Part shown: positions 19,463-29,579 of the stretch, one piece after another | Position numbering within the stretch: position 1 is the first letter of the stretch | Layout of the letters: every line of letters starts with the position of its first letter | Assembly: GCA_977020255.1 (NCBI GenBank) | Contig: CDROCS010001764.1 | Span: 1 to 64,000 of the forward strand | Origin: Obrimoposthia wandeli | Taxonomy: Eukaryota | Reading direction: 5' to 3' | Length of the DNA: 64,000 nt | The notes under the pieces: generated by a model | The model's input: the letters and a program-made list of their open reading frames with translations, nothing else | Databases searched by the model: none | What the model was told of the DNA's origin: nothing | Made by a program: the position numbers and the translations under genes

Positions 19463-20725
19463 ATGGAATCCATCGTTAGCACGTTATCTGCTGACCTAAC
19501 CCAGCTAAAATATGCATTAGATACTTTTTATTTTTTAATCTGCGGTGCCCTTGTTATGTGGATGGCCGCAGGCTTTGCCATGCTAGAGGCGGGATTAGTT
19601 CGCGCGAAAAACACGACTGAAATATTGACCAAAAACATTTCCCTCTATGCTATTGCCTGCACAATGTATTTATTGTGCGGTTACGCACTTATGTACAGCT
19701 CGGACCCCGGCGGAGTTATGCCCAATTTCGGCGTATTAATCGGCGAGGAGCATAGCTTAAATGCAGCCTTGTCCGAGGAAGATGCACCGTATTACTCAGC
19801 TCGCTCGGATTTCTTTTTCCAAGTAGTCTTTGTCGCCACAGCGATGTCGATTGTCTCTGGTGCCGTGGCCGAGCGTATGAAGCTCACCGCGTTCTTAATC
19901 TTCACTGTCATTATGACTGGCTTTATCTACCCGGTAAGCGGTTATTGGACTTGGGGGGGTGGTTTCTTAAAAACCGCTGGATTTTCTGATTTTGCTGGAT
20001 CCGGCATAGTGCATATGGCGGGTGCAGCAGCAGCCTTAGCGGGAGTGCTATTACTAGGTTCCCGCCGAGGGAAGTATGGACGAAAAGGTCAAGTTAACGC
20101 CATCCCCGGCGCCAATCTACCCCTTGCCACATTGGGAACGTTCATCCTGTGGTTTGGCTGGTTCGGTTTTAACGGCGGATCCGAGTTGAAAATGTCGGAT
20201 GTCGGTGAGGCAAACTCTGTGGCTCAAATTTTTGTCAATACCAATGCCGCAGCGGCGGCTGGTGTCATTACCGCGTTACTTTGCTCACGTTTTTTGTTCA
20301 AAAAAACTGACCTCACCATGCTATTAAACGGCGCATTAGCTGGCCTAGTGGCAATTACAGCCGATCCGTTATCACCCAGTGCGATGGGTGCTGTATTTAT
20401 CGGTGCTATTGCTGGTGTTTTGGTGGTATTTGCCATTCTCGCTTTAGACAAGCTGCGTATAGATGATCCTGTTGGTGCTATTTCGGTGCACGGCGTGGTT
20501 GGCATATGGGGACTACTCGCTGTGCCTCTGAATAATGCCGACGCTAGCTTTAGCGCCCAGATTCTTGGCATTGTCGTTATTTTCATCTGGTGTTTCGGCG
20601 CTAGTTTAGCCGTGTGGAAAATACTCAAAGAGACATTGGGTATTCGAGTGAGCCAGGAAGAGGAATACATTGGTAGCGATATCGTTGAATGCGGTATGGA
20701 TGCTTACCCTGAATTCAAAAACTAA
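19463..20725 (+). CDS. amtB: Ammonium transporter (ATG 19463 with GGAG RBS preferred over TTG 19451)
   Basis: FFFQVVF, DFAGSGIVH, WFGWFGFNGGS, IDDPVGAISVHG (twin-His). Confidence 0.95.
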   Translation: MESIVSTLSADLTQLKYALDTFYFLICGALVMWMAAGFAMLEAGLVRAKNTTEILTKNISLYAIACTMYLLCGYALMYSSDPGGVMPNFGVLIGEEHSLNAALSEEDAPYYSARSDFFFQVVFVATAMSIVSGAVAERMKLTAFLIFTVIMTGFIYPVSGYWTWGGGFLKTAGFSDFAGSGIVHMAGAAAALAGVLLLGSRRGKYGRKGQVNAIPGANLPLATLGTFILWFGWFGFNGGSELKMSDVGEANSVAQIFVNTNAAAAAGVITALLCSRFLFKKTDLTMLLNGALAGLVAITADPLSPSAMGAVFIGAIAGVLVVFAILALDKLRIDDPVGAISVHGVVGIWGLLAVPLNNADASFSAQILGIVVIFIWCFGASLAVWKILKETLGIRVSQEEEYIGSDIVECGMDAYPEFKN

Positions 20726-20888
20726 CTGTCTAGAAAGACGATTGCAATTGTCGCTACAAGCCCTGTAACAGCCGCTATTATTATAGCGAATATGTGCACT
20801 TTCTCGAGCCTCAAAGAACAGGCTTGGGATTGGTGATTCATATATTGCATAAAAAGCAGTATACTTATGCCGCTTTTTATAGTGCTAA

Positions 20889-21287
<399 letters not shown>

Positions 21288-21312
21288 CTTTATACCCCCA
21301 GAGCAGTAGTCA

Positions 21313-22680
21313 TTATTGCTCTGGGTGCGCTTTTAATACTATTTTTGCACACAGCCCCTGCGGCTTTCTATTACTCAGTGTGAGCACCCCGCCCTGCATA
21401 TGTATAGCTTGTTTAGCGATACCTAAGCCTAAACCGTGGCCTTCAACATTAATATCTAATCTGAAAAATGGGTCACATAGTTTCGCCAGTGTATGCTCAG
21501 GCACACCGGGGCCATTATCCATCACCTCGACAATCACTTGATCATTAGCTGCTTGAGAGACTTTGATTTCAATCAAAGCCAGCTCCCCAGAATATTTCAA
21601 GGCATTGTGTAAAACATTGCCAAGCGCTCTTTCAAGTAGCGTACTAGATCCCAAAACCGCAGTGACGTCAGGACTAAACTCAAGCGAAATACTCTGATCG
21701 TGACTCGCTAGGTATTGACTGTCATTTATTAATTTATCTAACAGCGGTTGTAGCAGTACCGGTTGATTGCTGTGTTGTTGTTGATCCAATTTTGCCAGTG
21801 AGAGCAACTCATCTATCAGCAGAGTTAGACGCTCACACTCTATCTGCACGCGGTTTACTGCTGGGTGATCAATCCCTATTTGCTGTTCAATAATACCTGA
21901 GGCAGCCATTAACCTTGCCAACGGCGCTCGTAATTCATGTGATACGTTTTGAAACAGATTTTGCTGTCCAATTAATGTCTTTTCAACATATTCAGCCATC
22001 TGATTGAGTTCACGAGCAAAATCACCAATTTCATCACCCCGGCGCTGTAAGACCTGAGCAGTACGCTGGCTAAAATCCCCACTGTGTAAACGTGCGACAT
22101 GTCGGCGTAATTGATTAATAGGCCTGACAACAATGGCGCTAATAATAAAGCTGGCTAAAGTCGAGCTAATAAAGATCAGCAATGCTTGCAGTGAAAAAAT
22201 AAACCCCTGCCAACGCTTGAAGCTCCCATCAGGGTGTTTGAGATCAATTTCCACTGTGTATTTTTGATCACTCTCAGAGCGCATGTCGAAGGTCAGGCTA
22301 TTGGTACTCTTTACATTCTTATTACCGACAAGAAGCCTCCCTTTATCATCGTAAATTCTAACCGGTGGGCGGTTTTTACGGTGATTAAAGAAAGAGAGCA
22401 CTTTGTTATTTTTCAGAAGCTGCCAATCTTTTTTCGCCAATTCTCTACGTTGTTTACGCTTAAGTAAACGCTGAAAATCTGGATTATTCTCATAGTAGTT
22501 TAACAAACGCTCTATATCTGAGCGCACTTGATACTTTACTTTTTCTTCAAAACTATCTCGCTCGGCGAGTTCGGCAATAACTAACATAGTCACTAGCATA
22601 ACCACGGCGCTGGAGAGCCAGAGCGAGAGAAATATTTTCCAAAACAGGCGATTAAGATTAGGTAACTTCAACGACTTCAT
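21313..22680 (-). CDS. Sensor histidine kinase, CpxA-like
   Basis: LFWKIFL N-terminus, two TMs, HAMP, SHELRAPLARL H-box, NVLHNALKY, DNGPGV, GLGLGI. Confidence 0.85.
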   Translation of the reverse strand: MKSLKLPNLNRLFWKIFLSLWLSSAVVMLVTMLVIAELAERDSFEEKVKYQVRSDIERLLNYYENNPDFQRLLKRKQRRELAKKDWQLLKNNKVLSFFNHRKNRPPVRIYDDKGRLLVGNKNVKSTNSLTFDMRSESDQKYTVEIDLKHPDGSFKRWQGFIFSLQALLIFISSTLASFIISAIVVRPINQLRRHVARLHSGDFSQRTAQVLQRRGDEIGDFARELNQMAEYVEKTLIGQQNLFQNVSHELRAPLARLMAASGIIEQQIGIDHPAVNRVQIECERLTLLIDELLSLAKLDQQQHSNQPVLLQPLLDKLINDSQYLASHDQSISLEFSPDVTAVLGSSTLLERALGNVLHNALKYSGELALIEIKVSQAANDQVIVEVMDNGPGVPEHTLAKLCDPFFRLDINVEGHGLGLGIAKQAIHMQGGVLTLSNRKPQGLCAKIVLKAHPEQ

Positions 22681-23388
22681 CTACTCGCTACCCCTCACTG
22701 CAAATAGATAACCGACACCGCGTATCGTTTTAATTATTTCGGTGTCTGGTAGATATACCGCCAATTTTTGACGTACCCGACTCAAGTGAACATCAATGGC
22801 TCTGTCGTAGGCCGTTAACGGTCGGTGTAGTACCTTTTCCGTCAACTCTGACTTGCTGACGATAACCCCTGGCTGTGACATTAACACTTGTAGTACGTTA
22901 AATTCAGCACTGGTTAGTTCCAGCTCACTACTTGCTACACTGACTTCACGCGTGGCGCTATTAAGCTCAATTCCCATCAAATTAATATTGCTATCTACTA
23001 TTCGAGGGGTATTGTTTAATGTAGTGGTACGGCGAAGAACTGCACGCACTCGTGCTAATAACTCTCTGGGGTTGCAAGGTTTAGCTAAGTAGTCATCCGC
23101 ACCCATTTCCAGACCTAAAATTCGATCAATTTCACCCCCTTTACCCGTTAACATAATCACTGGCATTACATTATCCGGGCGCAGCTGCTGTAATAGCTCC
23201 AACCCCGTCATATCTGGCATCATTATGTCGAAAACCGCAATATCAAAACGCCGCTGTTTCAATATTTGTAAAGCGCTTTGAGCATTATTTGCCACCGTTG
23301 TACTCACCCCTTCATAATCCAAATAGCTCGCCAACAGCGCGCTTAATTCTCTATCATCATCTACTAGTAGCAGCTGCACTTGTGTCAT
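22681..23388 (-). CDS. OmpR-family response regulator, CpxR-like
   Basis: LLVDDD, FDIMMP, GADDYLAKP, RAIDVHLSRVRQKL, IKTIRGVGY. Confidence 0.88.
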   Translation of the reverse strand: MTQVQLLLVDDDRELSALLASYLDYEGVSTTVANNAQSALQILKQRRFDIAVFDIMMPDMTGLELLQQLRPDNVMPVIMLTGKGGEIDRILGLEMGADDYLAKPCNPRELLARVRAVLRRTTTLNNTPRIVDSNINLMGIELNSATREVSVASSELELTSAEFNVLQVLMSQPGVIVSKSELTEKVLHRPLTAYDRAIDVHLSRVRQKLAVYLPDTEIIKTIRGVGYLFAVRGSE

Positions 23389-23502
23389 TTTGTTTCCTAA
23401 TACCTTTTCGCCGTTGATGATATGTTTACACCCAGCAGTGAGAACAATTATTTTGTAACGATGCTCTATATTAACGAGGTTATCACACAGAGGTTAACGC
23501 CC

Positions 23503-23517
23503 TTTACACAACTTTAC
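23503..23517 (-). promoter_or_regulatory. CpxR box
   Basis: The minus strand reads GTAAA-GTTGT-GTAAA, an exact match to the CpxR consensus, in the divergent regulator/spy spacer. Confidence 0.7.
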
Positions 23518-23591
23518 ATTAACGTAACCCAACTTAGCGTTTAGCTACACCATACTCTCTCCATCGAAACGACACCTACTGGAGAATCACC

Positions 23592-24089
23592 ATGAAAAAG
23601 AAAACCATTGCTCTATTTGCCGTACCCGCTTTTATTCTAGCCAGCACAATTGGTATAGCACAGACAACGCAAGCCGAAGGACTTTCAAATACGAATGAAA
23701 GCTCTGAACATCAAAGTAAAAGTAAGCACAACGGGAAAAAACTAGCACGTTTAGCGAAAAAGTTAGATTTGAATGACGACCAAAAAATCAAAGTGAAAGC
23801 GTTATTTGAACAACAGCAAAGTGCCAAATCGGAGAACATGAGTGAGCGCAAAGCATTACACCAAGCGATTCGCGACCTTGATGTCAACGCCGCTGACTTT
23901 CAAACTAAGTTGGCAGCCGTTAAAGACACAGCCAAACTTCAAGCGGTATTAGGTATTGATAGAGCTGTTTTTATGAAACAAAAAATGGGCGAAATTTTAA
24001 GTGCGGAACAATTGGTTAAATTAGAAAAAATTCAACAGGAAAGATCTGAGCATCGTAATAAGCGTGGTGGTAATAACCATAGTGAATAG
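23592..24089 (+). CDS. Spy/CpxP-family periplasmic protein
   Basis: Signal peptide, LDLNDDQK and ILSAEQL (LTxxQ-like) motifs, helical; divergent from a cpxRA-like pair. Confidence 0.8.
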   Translation: MKKKTIALFAVPAFILASTIGIAQTTQAEGLSNTNESSEHQSKSKHNGKKLARLAKKLDLNDDQKIKVKALFEQQQSAKSENMSERKALHQAIRDLDVNAADFQTKLAAVKDTAKLQAVLGIDRAVFMKQKMGEILSAEQLVKLEKIQQERSEHRNKRGGNNHSE

Positions 24090-24104
24090 CAAAAGTGATT
24101 GGAT

Positions 24105-24130
24105 AAACAGGGAGCCGCCTCCCTGTTTTT
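24105..24130 (+). terminator. Rho-independent terminator after the spy/cpxP-like gene
   Basis: AAACAGGGAG-CCGC-CTCCCTGTTT followed by a T-run. Confidence 0.85.
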
Positions 24131-24198
24131 AAAACTGATAGCTATCAGACATAACACTCACCTACGGCGAAAATAGATGAGTGCTTAACCCTATACTG

Positions 24199-26649
24199 CT
24201 AGCACTTAATTTTTTGCATCGCTGGATCATAAACTGAACGCAGTGATGGCATAACTTTGTAGCGCTCACACTCGACCTCTATTTCAAAGTCAGTTTTTTC
24301 CAGCCATTCCTTAGTGACTCCCTGATCATATTCGATATAACCCATTGCAACAGTAGCGCCTAGTGTGTGACCAAACATCCCTGCGGTGGTACGACCAACA
24401 ATTTTACCCGCTGCGTAAATAGGCTCTTCGTGGTAACAAAGTGGCTCTGGGTTTTCAAACACAAATGCGACAAAGCGGCGTTGCAAAGGCCCTTTAGCTT
24501 TTTGCGCCAGTAACGCCTCTTTACCGATAAAACCACCTTCTTTATTAAAGTCGGAGGCAAAACCTAAGCCCGCTTCCAGTGCGGTGTCTTGATCCGTGAT
24601 ATCGTGACCCCAGTGGCGGTAACACTTTTCCATGCGCAGTGAGTTCATGGTGTGATAGCCGTATGGACGAATCGCAAACTCTTCACCTGCCGCCATAATC
24701 GCATCATAGACGCTCGGTGCGAACTCCGTTGGTATATATAACTCCCATCCCAACTCACCGACGTAAGTAATACGCGAAGCACGTACAATGGCGTAATGCA
24801 TGTCAATTTCGCGAGACGTTGCAAAGGCGAAACTCTCGTTGGATAAATCATCTCGGGTTAATTTCGATAATGTCTCGCGCGAGCGGGGTCCCATTACGGT
24901 AATCACGGCATAAGCGGAGGTCATATCAGTAATAATCACCACCTCAGCAGCGCTTTTATTACGTTTGAGCCAATCGAGATCTCGCGTCTGACAAGCAACG
25001 CCTGAGACTACCATAAACCTGTCGCTGCCAATGCGTGTTACGGTGACATCGGCTTCAATGCCTCCACGCTCATTTAACCATTGGGTATAGACCATTTTAC
25101 CGATAGGCACTGAAATATTATTACTGCAAATACGATTGAGAAAACGCTCGGTGTCCGGTCCCTCTAGCTGATACTTACAGAAAGAGCTTTGATCGATAAC
25201 ACCGACTCCATTACGTACCGCGTGGTGTTCTTGAGCGTTATTATCAAACCAGTTTTGACGACCAAAAGAGTATTCGTACGCAGCCTCTTGCCCTGGGTTG
25301 GCAAACCAGTTCGCCCGCTCCCAGCCACTTTCTGTGCCGAATACAGCACCTTGCGCTTTTAGCTGGTCGTGCAATACTGAACGACGAACACCTCGTGCGG
25401 TCTTGAATTGTTTGAAGGGGTAATGCGTTTCATAAAGCAGCCCCAATGTCTCAGTGGTGCGCTCCTCTAGATAGGGCTGAGTACCTTGGAAAGGCATATT
25501 ACGACGGATATCTACATCCCATAAATCTTGTGGTGCATGTCCTTTTTTGATCCACTGCGCCAGCATTTTTCCCGCACCGCCCGCTGATTGAATACCCACT
25601 GAATTGAAACCTGCCGCAACGAAATAGTTCTTAAGTTCCGGTGCCTCACCTAGGTGATATCTATCATCTGGGGTAAAAGATTCAGGGCCATTGAAAAACA
25701 CCTGTAGGCCAGTTTTTTCCAGCTCTGGGACACGGTGCATCGCCGCTTCTAAGTAGGGCTCTAGATGATCAAAGTCTTCAGGTAGTTCATCAAAGCAGAA
25801 ATCCTCTGGAATACCGTTCATGCCCCACGGCTTTGCGTTGGGCTCGAACATACCTACTAGCAGCTTGCCGGCATCTTCTTTGTAGTAACAGTAGCCATCC
25901 ATATCACGTAATGTGGGTAAGCCTGCCTTTAAATTCGGCATGCTTTCAGTGACCACGTAAAAATGCTCTGCACCGTGTAGGGGCACGTTTACTCCTGCTT
26001 TACGACCAAACTCCCGCGCCCACAATCCAGCACAGTTGACCACGTATTCAGCATCAATGTCTCCCTGTTCTGTGATCACTCCAGCCGCCTTGCCATCACG
26101 AATTTTCATGTCGAGGACTTTCACCCCTTCGAAAATCTGCGCGCCACCTTGTCGTGCACCTTTTGCTAACGCTTGGGTTACGTCCACTGGACTCGCCATA
26201 CCATCCATCGGCAGATGGATCGCACCGATTACATCGTCGATATTGAGCAATGGCCACAGATCACGGGCCTGCTCTGGATTGATAACATTACAGGGAAAGC
26301 CAGCCACTTTAGCCATCGAAGCACCGCGCTTAATCTCACTAAAACGCTCTTTATTAGTCGCTATCGTCAGCGAGCCATTGCGTACAAAACCCGTTGCTTG
26401 GCCAGTTTCTGCCTCTAAACTCTCATAGAGGCTAGCACTGTACTTTGCCAGCATCGACATGTTGTAAGTGGCACGTAATGTCGGCACTAAGCCCGCCGCG
26501 TGCCAAGTGGTGCCGCAGGTCAGCTGGCGACGTTCCAATAAAACCACATCGGTGAAACCTATTTTGGTTAAATGATATGCCACACTACAGCCGATAACAC
26601 CGCCGCCGACGATAACGACTTGTGCCGATGTAGGAAGTTGCTTTGCCAT
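24199..26649 (-). CDS. GcvT-family FAD-dependent N-demethylating oxidoreductase (dimethylglycine/sarcosine dehydrogenase-like)
   Basis: GGGVIG, GTTWHAAG (covalent-FAD His), NGPESFTPD, C-terminal THF-binding GcvT domain (YTQWLNERGGIEADVT, SLRMEKCY). Confidence 0.88.
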   Translation of the reverse strand: MAKQLPTSAQVVIVGGGVIGCSVAYHLTKIGFTDVVLLERRQLTCGTTWHAAGLVPTLRATYNMSMLAKYSASLYESLEAETGQATGFVRNGSLTIATNKERFSEIKRGASMAKVAGFPCNVINPEQARDLWPLLNIDDVIGAIHLPMDGMASPVDVTQALAKGARQGGAQIFEGVKVLDMKIRDGKAAGVITEQGDIDAEYVVNCAGLWAREFGRKAGVNVPLHGAEHFYVVTESMPNLKAGLPTLRDMDGYCYYKEDAGKLLVGMFEPNAKPWGMNGIPEDFCFDELPEDFDHLEPYLEAAMHRVPELEKTGLQVFFNGPESFTPDDRYHLGEAPELKNYFVAAGFNSVGIQSAGGAGKMLAQWIKKGHAPQDLWDVDIRRNMPFQGTQPYLEERTTETLGLLYETHYPFKQFKTARGVRRSVLHDQLKAQGAVFGTESGWERANWFANPGQEAAYEYSFGRQNWFDNNAQEHHAVRNGVGVIDQSSFCKYQLEGPDTERFLNRICSNNISVPIGKMVYTQWLNERGGIEADVTVTRIGSDRFMVVSGVACQTRDLDWLKRNKSAAEVVIITDMTSAYAVITVMGPRSRETLSKLTRDDLSNESFAFATSREIDMHYAIVRASRITYVGELGWELYIPTEFAPSVYDAIMAAGEEFAIRPYGYHTMNSLRMEKCYRHWGHDITDQDTALEAGLGFASDFNKEGGFIGKEALLAQKAKGPLQRRFVAFVFENPEPLCYHEEPIYAAGKIVGRTTAGMFGHTLGATVAMGYIEYDQGVTKEWLEKTDFEIEVECERYKVMPSLRSVYDPAMQKIKC

Positions 26650-26718
26650 GATATTCTCCTGCGCGCCAGACATAGGCAGCGCCGTTTAGATTATTTAATA
26701 ATTTATATGAGCACGTTT

Positions 26719-27573
26719 TTAACTAAATACAACGGTCTTATTACCGTGTACCAGTACTCTATCTTCTAGATGAGCCCGTAATCCGCGTGCCAGTACGATC
26801 TTTTCTACATCCTTACCCAAACGTACCAAATCTTCTACTTGATCACTGTGGCTAACGCGCACCACATCTTGGTCAATAATCGGTCCTTCATCGAGTTGCT
26901 CTGTCACATAGTGACAAGTAGCACCTATTAATTTTACCCCACGACGCGAAGCCTGATGATAAGGCTTCGCACCGATAAAAGAGGGCAAGAAACTGTGGTG
27001 AATATTAATCACTTTGTGACGTAATTTTTCACACAACGCTTGAGGTAATATTTGCATGTAACGTGCTAACACGACGCATTCAGCGTTGTATTGTGCCACC
27101 AACGTTTCTACTTGATCGAAACCTGGTGCTTTGTTGTCTTTATCGATCACTACATGATGAAAAGGAATGCCATACCATTCGACCAGACCTTGCATATCAA
27201 GATGATTTGAAATAACACAGCTAATCTCACAATTTAAATCGCCACTTTTGTAACGATCGAGCAAATCTGAGAGGCAATGGCTACCTTTGCTGGCCATCAA
27301 TACGACCTTTTTGGGTTGCGAGCTATCGATAAAGCGAATATTGAGCTGATACTCAGCGATGAGGGAAGCAAACTCTCGCTCTAGTTGTTCAATACCAAAA
27401 GGTAGCGAGTCAGCTTGTACCTCTAATCGTGAAAAAAACCAATTGCTCTCCTCATCAGAGTGATGCGAAGCTTCACTAATCCAACCGCCGTTGCGGGTGA
27501 TCACTTCCCCCACTTTAGTGACGATCCCGACCCGATCAGGGCAATCCAGAATAACTCTATAGGTTGCTTTCAT
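26719..27573 (-). CDS. purU: Formyltetrahydrofolate deformylase
   Basis: N-terminal ACT (CPDRVGIV), LARYMQIL, INIHHSFLPSF, GATCHYV, DEGPII. Confidence 0.95.
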   Translation of the reverse strand: MKATYRVILDCPDRVGIVTKVGEVITRNGGWISEASHHSDEESNWFFSRLEVQADSLPFGIEQLEREFASLIAEYQLNIRFIDSSQPKKVVLMASKGSHCLSDLLDRYKSGDLNCEISCVISNHLDMQGLVEWYGIPFHHVVIDKDNKAPGFDQVETLVAQYNAECVVLARYMQILPQALCEKLRHKVINIHHSFLPSFIGAKPYHQASRRGVKLIGATCHYVTEQLDEGPIIDQDVVRVSHSDQVEDLVRLGKDVEKIVLARGLRAHLEDRVLVHGNKTVVFS

Positions 27574-27615
27574 ATCATTCCTTTCTGCGCAGCTTCACTG
27601 CGCTCATCTCAGTGG

Positions 27616-28566
27616 CTAGGTAAGCTCGCGCTCAAGCGCTGGCAGTACATCAAATAAATCAGCGACTAGTCCATAATCCGATACACCAAAGATTGGAGCC
27701 TCGTCATCTTTATTAATAGCGACTATCACTTTAGAATCTTTCATTCCCGCCAAATGCTGAATAGCCCCAGAGATTCCCACTGCTATATACAAATCAGGAG
27801 CGACAATTTTACCTGTTTGCCCGACTTGCATATCATTGGCAACAAAACCTGCGTCTACAGCGGCACGTGAGGCGCCAACTGCCGCTCCTAGCTTATCTGC
27901 CACCGCTTCCAGTAATGGGAAATTGTCCCCACTTTGCATACCGCGCCCACCAGAAATAACTGTTTTGGCGCTTGCAAGCTCTACTCGCTCTGAGGCACTA
28001 AGTTCTTCATCGATGAACCGCGATAAGCCGCTTTCTTCACCAATAGTGATTCTGATAATGTCAGCATTTCCATTTGTTGCATCCACCGCCTCAAACGCGG
28101 CACTGCGTACCGTCATCACTTTGATACTGTCAATGCTACGTACTTTCGCCAATGCATTACCTGCATAAATAGGCCGCACGAAGGTATCACTAGTGACGAC
28201 TTCGATGATTTCAGATATTTGTGTCACATCAAGTAATGCAGCAAGGCGCGGTAGTACATTCTTGCCTTGATTGGTCGCCGCTGTCAGTACATGACTGTAC
28301 TGACCTTGAGTCACTAATGATTTGATGGCTAGCGCCATATTTTCTGCTAATTGATGATCCAAACTCGAATCAGCGGCGAGTAGTACCTTATCAACACAGC
28401 CGATAGCAGCACCTTGATTAGCCGCTGCAGTGCAGCTTTGCCCGCTAACTAGCAACTCAATGTCACCTGCACCTAATGTTTTGAGTTCAACAGCTGCCTG
28501 TAAGGTATTCAAGGTCGACGCTTTCAACTGACCCATACTCTGCTCTGCTATCACTAAAATAGACAT
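27616..28566 (-). CDS. etfA: Electron transfer flavoprotein alpha subunit
   Basis: RPIYAGN, GASRAAVDAG, QVGQTGK, GISGAIQHLAGM. Confidence 0.95.
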   Translation of the reverse strand: MSILVIAEQSMGQLKASTLNTLQAAVELKTLGAGDIELLVSGQSCTAAANQGAAIGCVDKVLLAADSSLDHQLAENMALAIKSLVTQGQYSHVLTAATNQGKNVLPRLAALLDVTQISEIIEVVTSDTFVRPIYAGNALAKVRSIDSIKVMTVRSAAFEAVDATNGNADIIRITIGEESGLSRFIDEELSASERVELASAKTVISGGRGMQSGDNFPLLEAVADKLGAAVGASRAAVDAGFVANDMQVGQTGKIVAPDLYIAVGISGAIQHLAGMKDSKVIVAINKDDEAPIFGVSDYGLVADLFDVLPALERELT

Positions 28567-29315
28567 TAAATCACCTCCGCTTCATTCTTTAGTTTGTCGA
28601 CTAATTCGGACACTGAGTTGACAATAACCCCAGCACTACGCTCTGCAGGGGCCATTACTTGCAAAGTAATCAAGCGAGGCTGAGTATTAACTCCCAGCTC
28701 TTCGCCACTAATAACCTGTAACGGTTTACGCTTGGCTTTCATAATATTAGGCAACGATGCAAAGCGCGGTTCATTTAGGCGTAAATCAGTGGTGACGACT
28801 GCGGGTAATTTGATGGCAATGTTTTGTAACCCCCCATCAATTTCACGTGTGACCAACAACTCGTCGCCTTCTACCTTGATAGCAGAGGCAAAAGTACCTT
28901 GTGCCATGCCTGTCAGCGCCGCCAGCATTTGCCCTGTTTGGTTATTGTCGGCATCTATTGACTGTTTTCCGGTAATCACCAACTGTGGCTGTTCTTGTTC
29001 AACCACTGCTTTGAGCAACTTAGCCACTGCAAGAGGCTCAAGGCTCTGTTCTGTTTTTACCTGTATAGCGCGGTCGGCTCCTAGAGCCAACGCAGTGCGT
29101 AATTGCTCCTGGCAGTTATCCGCACCGACACTGACAGCAATCACTTCACTTGCCACTCCCGATTCACGTAAGCGTATTGCTTCCTCCACTGCTATCTCAC
29201 AGAAGGGGTTAATCGCCATTTTAATATTCGCGAGTTCTACATCGCTGTTGTCAGTTTTCACCCTGACTTTGACATTAGCGTCGACAACCCGCTTTATAGC
29301 GACAAGTATTTTCAT
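28566..29315 (-). CDS. etfB: Electron transfer flavoprotein beta subunit
   Basis: [55 protein letters not shown]. Confidence 0.95.
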   Translation of the reverse strand: MKILVAIKRVVDANVKVRVKTDNSDVELANIKMAINPFCEIAVEEAIRLRESGVASEVIAVSVGADNCQEQLRTALALGADRAIQVKTEQSLEPLAVAKLLKAVVEQEQPQLVITGKQSIDADNNQTGQMLAALTGMAQGTFASAIKVEGDELLVTREIDGGLQNIAIKLPAVVTTDLRLNEPRFASLPNIMKAKRKPLQVISGEELGVNTQPRLITLQVMAPAERSAGVIVNSVSELVDKLKNEAEVI

Positions 29316-29356
29316 GCTGCCCTCATATTGTAGTGAAATTTTATATATAATTTTCA

Positions 29357-29373
29357 TTGTAATGATCTTACAA
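29357..29373. promoter_or_regulatory. Palindromic operator candidate between etfB and the aminotransferase
   Basis: TTGTAA-TGATC-TTACAA, perfect 6-bp arms. Confidence 0.45.
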
Positions 29374-29579
29374 ACATATACTTCATGTCAACGATTAACC
29401 AATGTTTTCTTTCTCTGCGCCATCTTCACAAAAAATTACTCGGCAGCTAATATAAAACCTAATAATAACAACAAACTAAAATCTGGCTGTGTGTTTTATA
29501 GCCACTGGCACTTGTCGCTTTTGCTTTGAAAATGCAAAGTATGTGAAAAAATAATTAATGTTTTCATGAGGATTGTTAC

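Noticed and set aside
28732-29529. 265-aa plus-strand ORF
   Set aside because: It is antisense to the highly conserved etfB, with no recognisable motifs; a shadow ORF.
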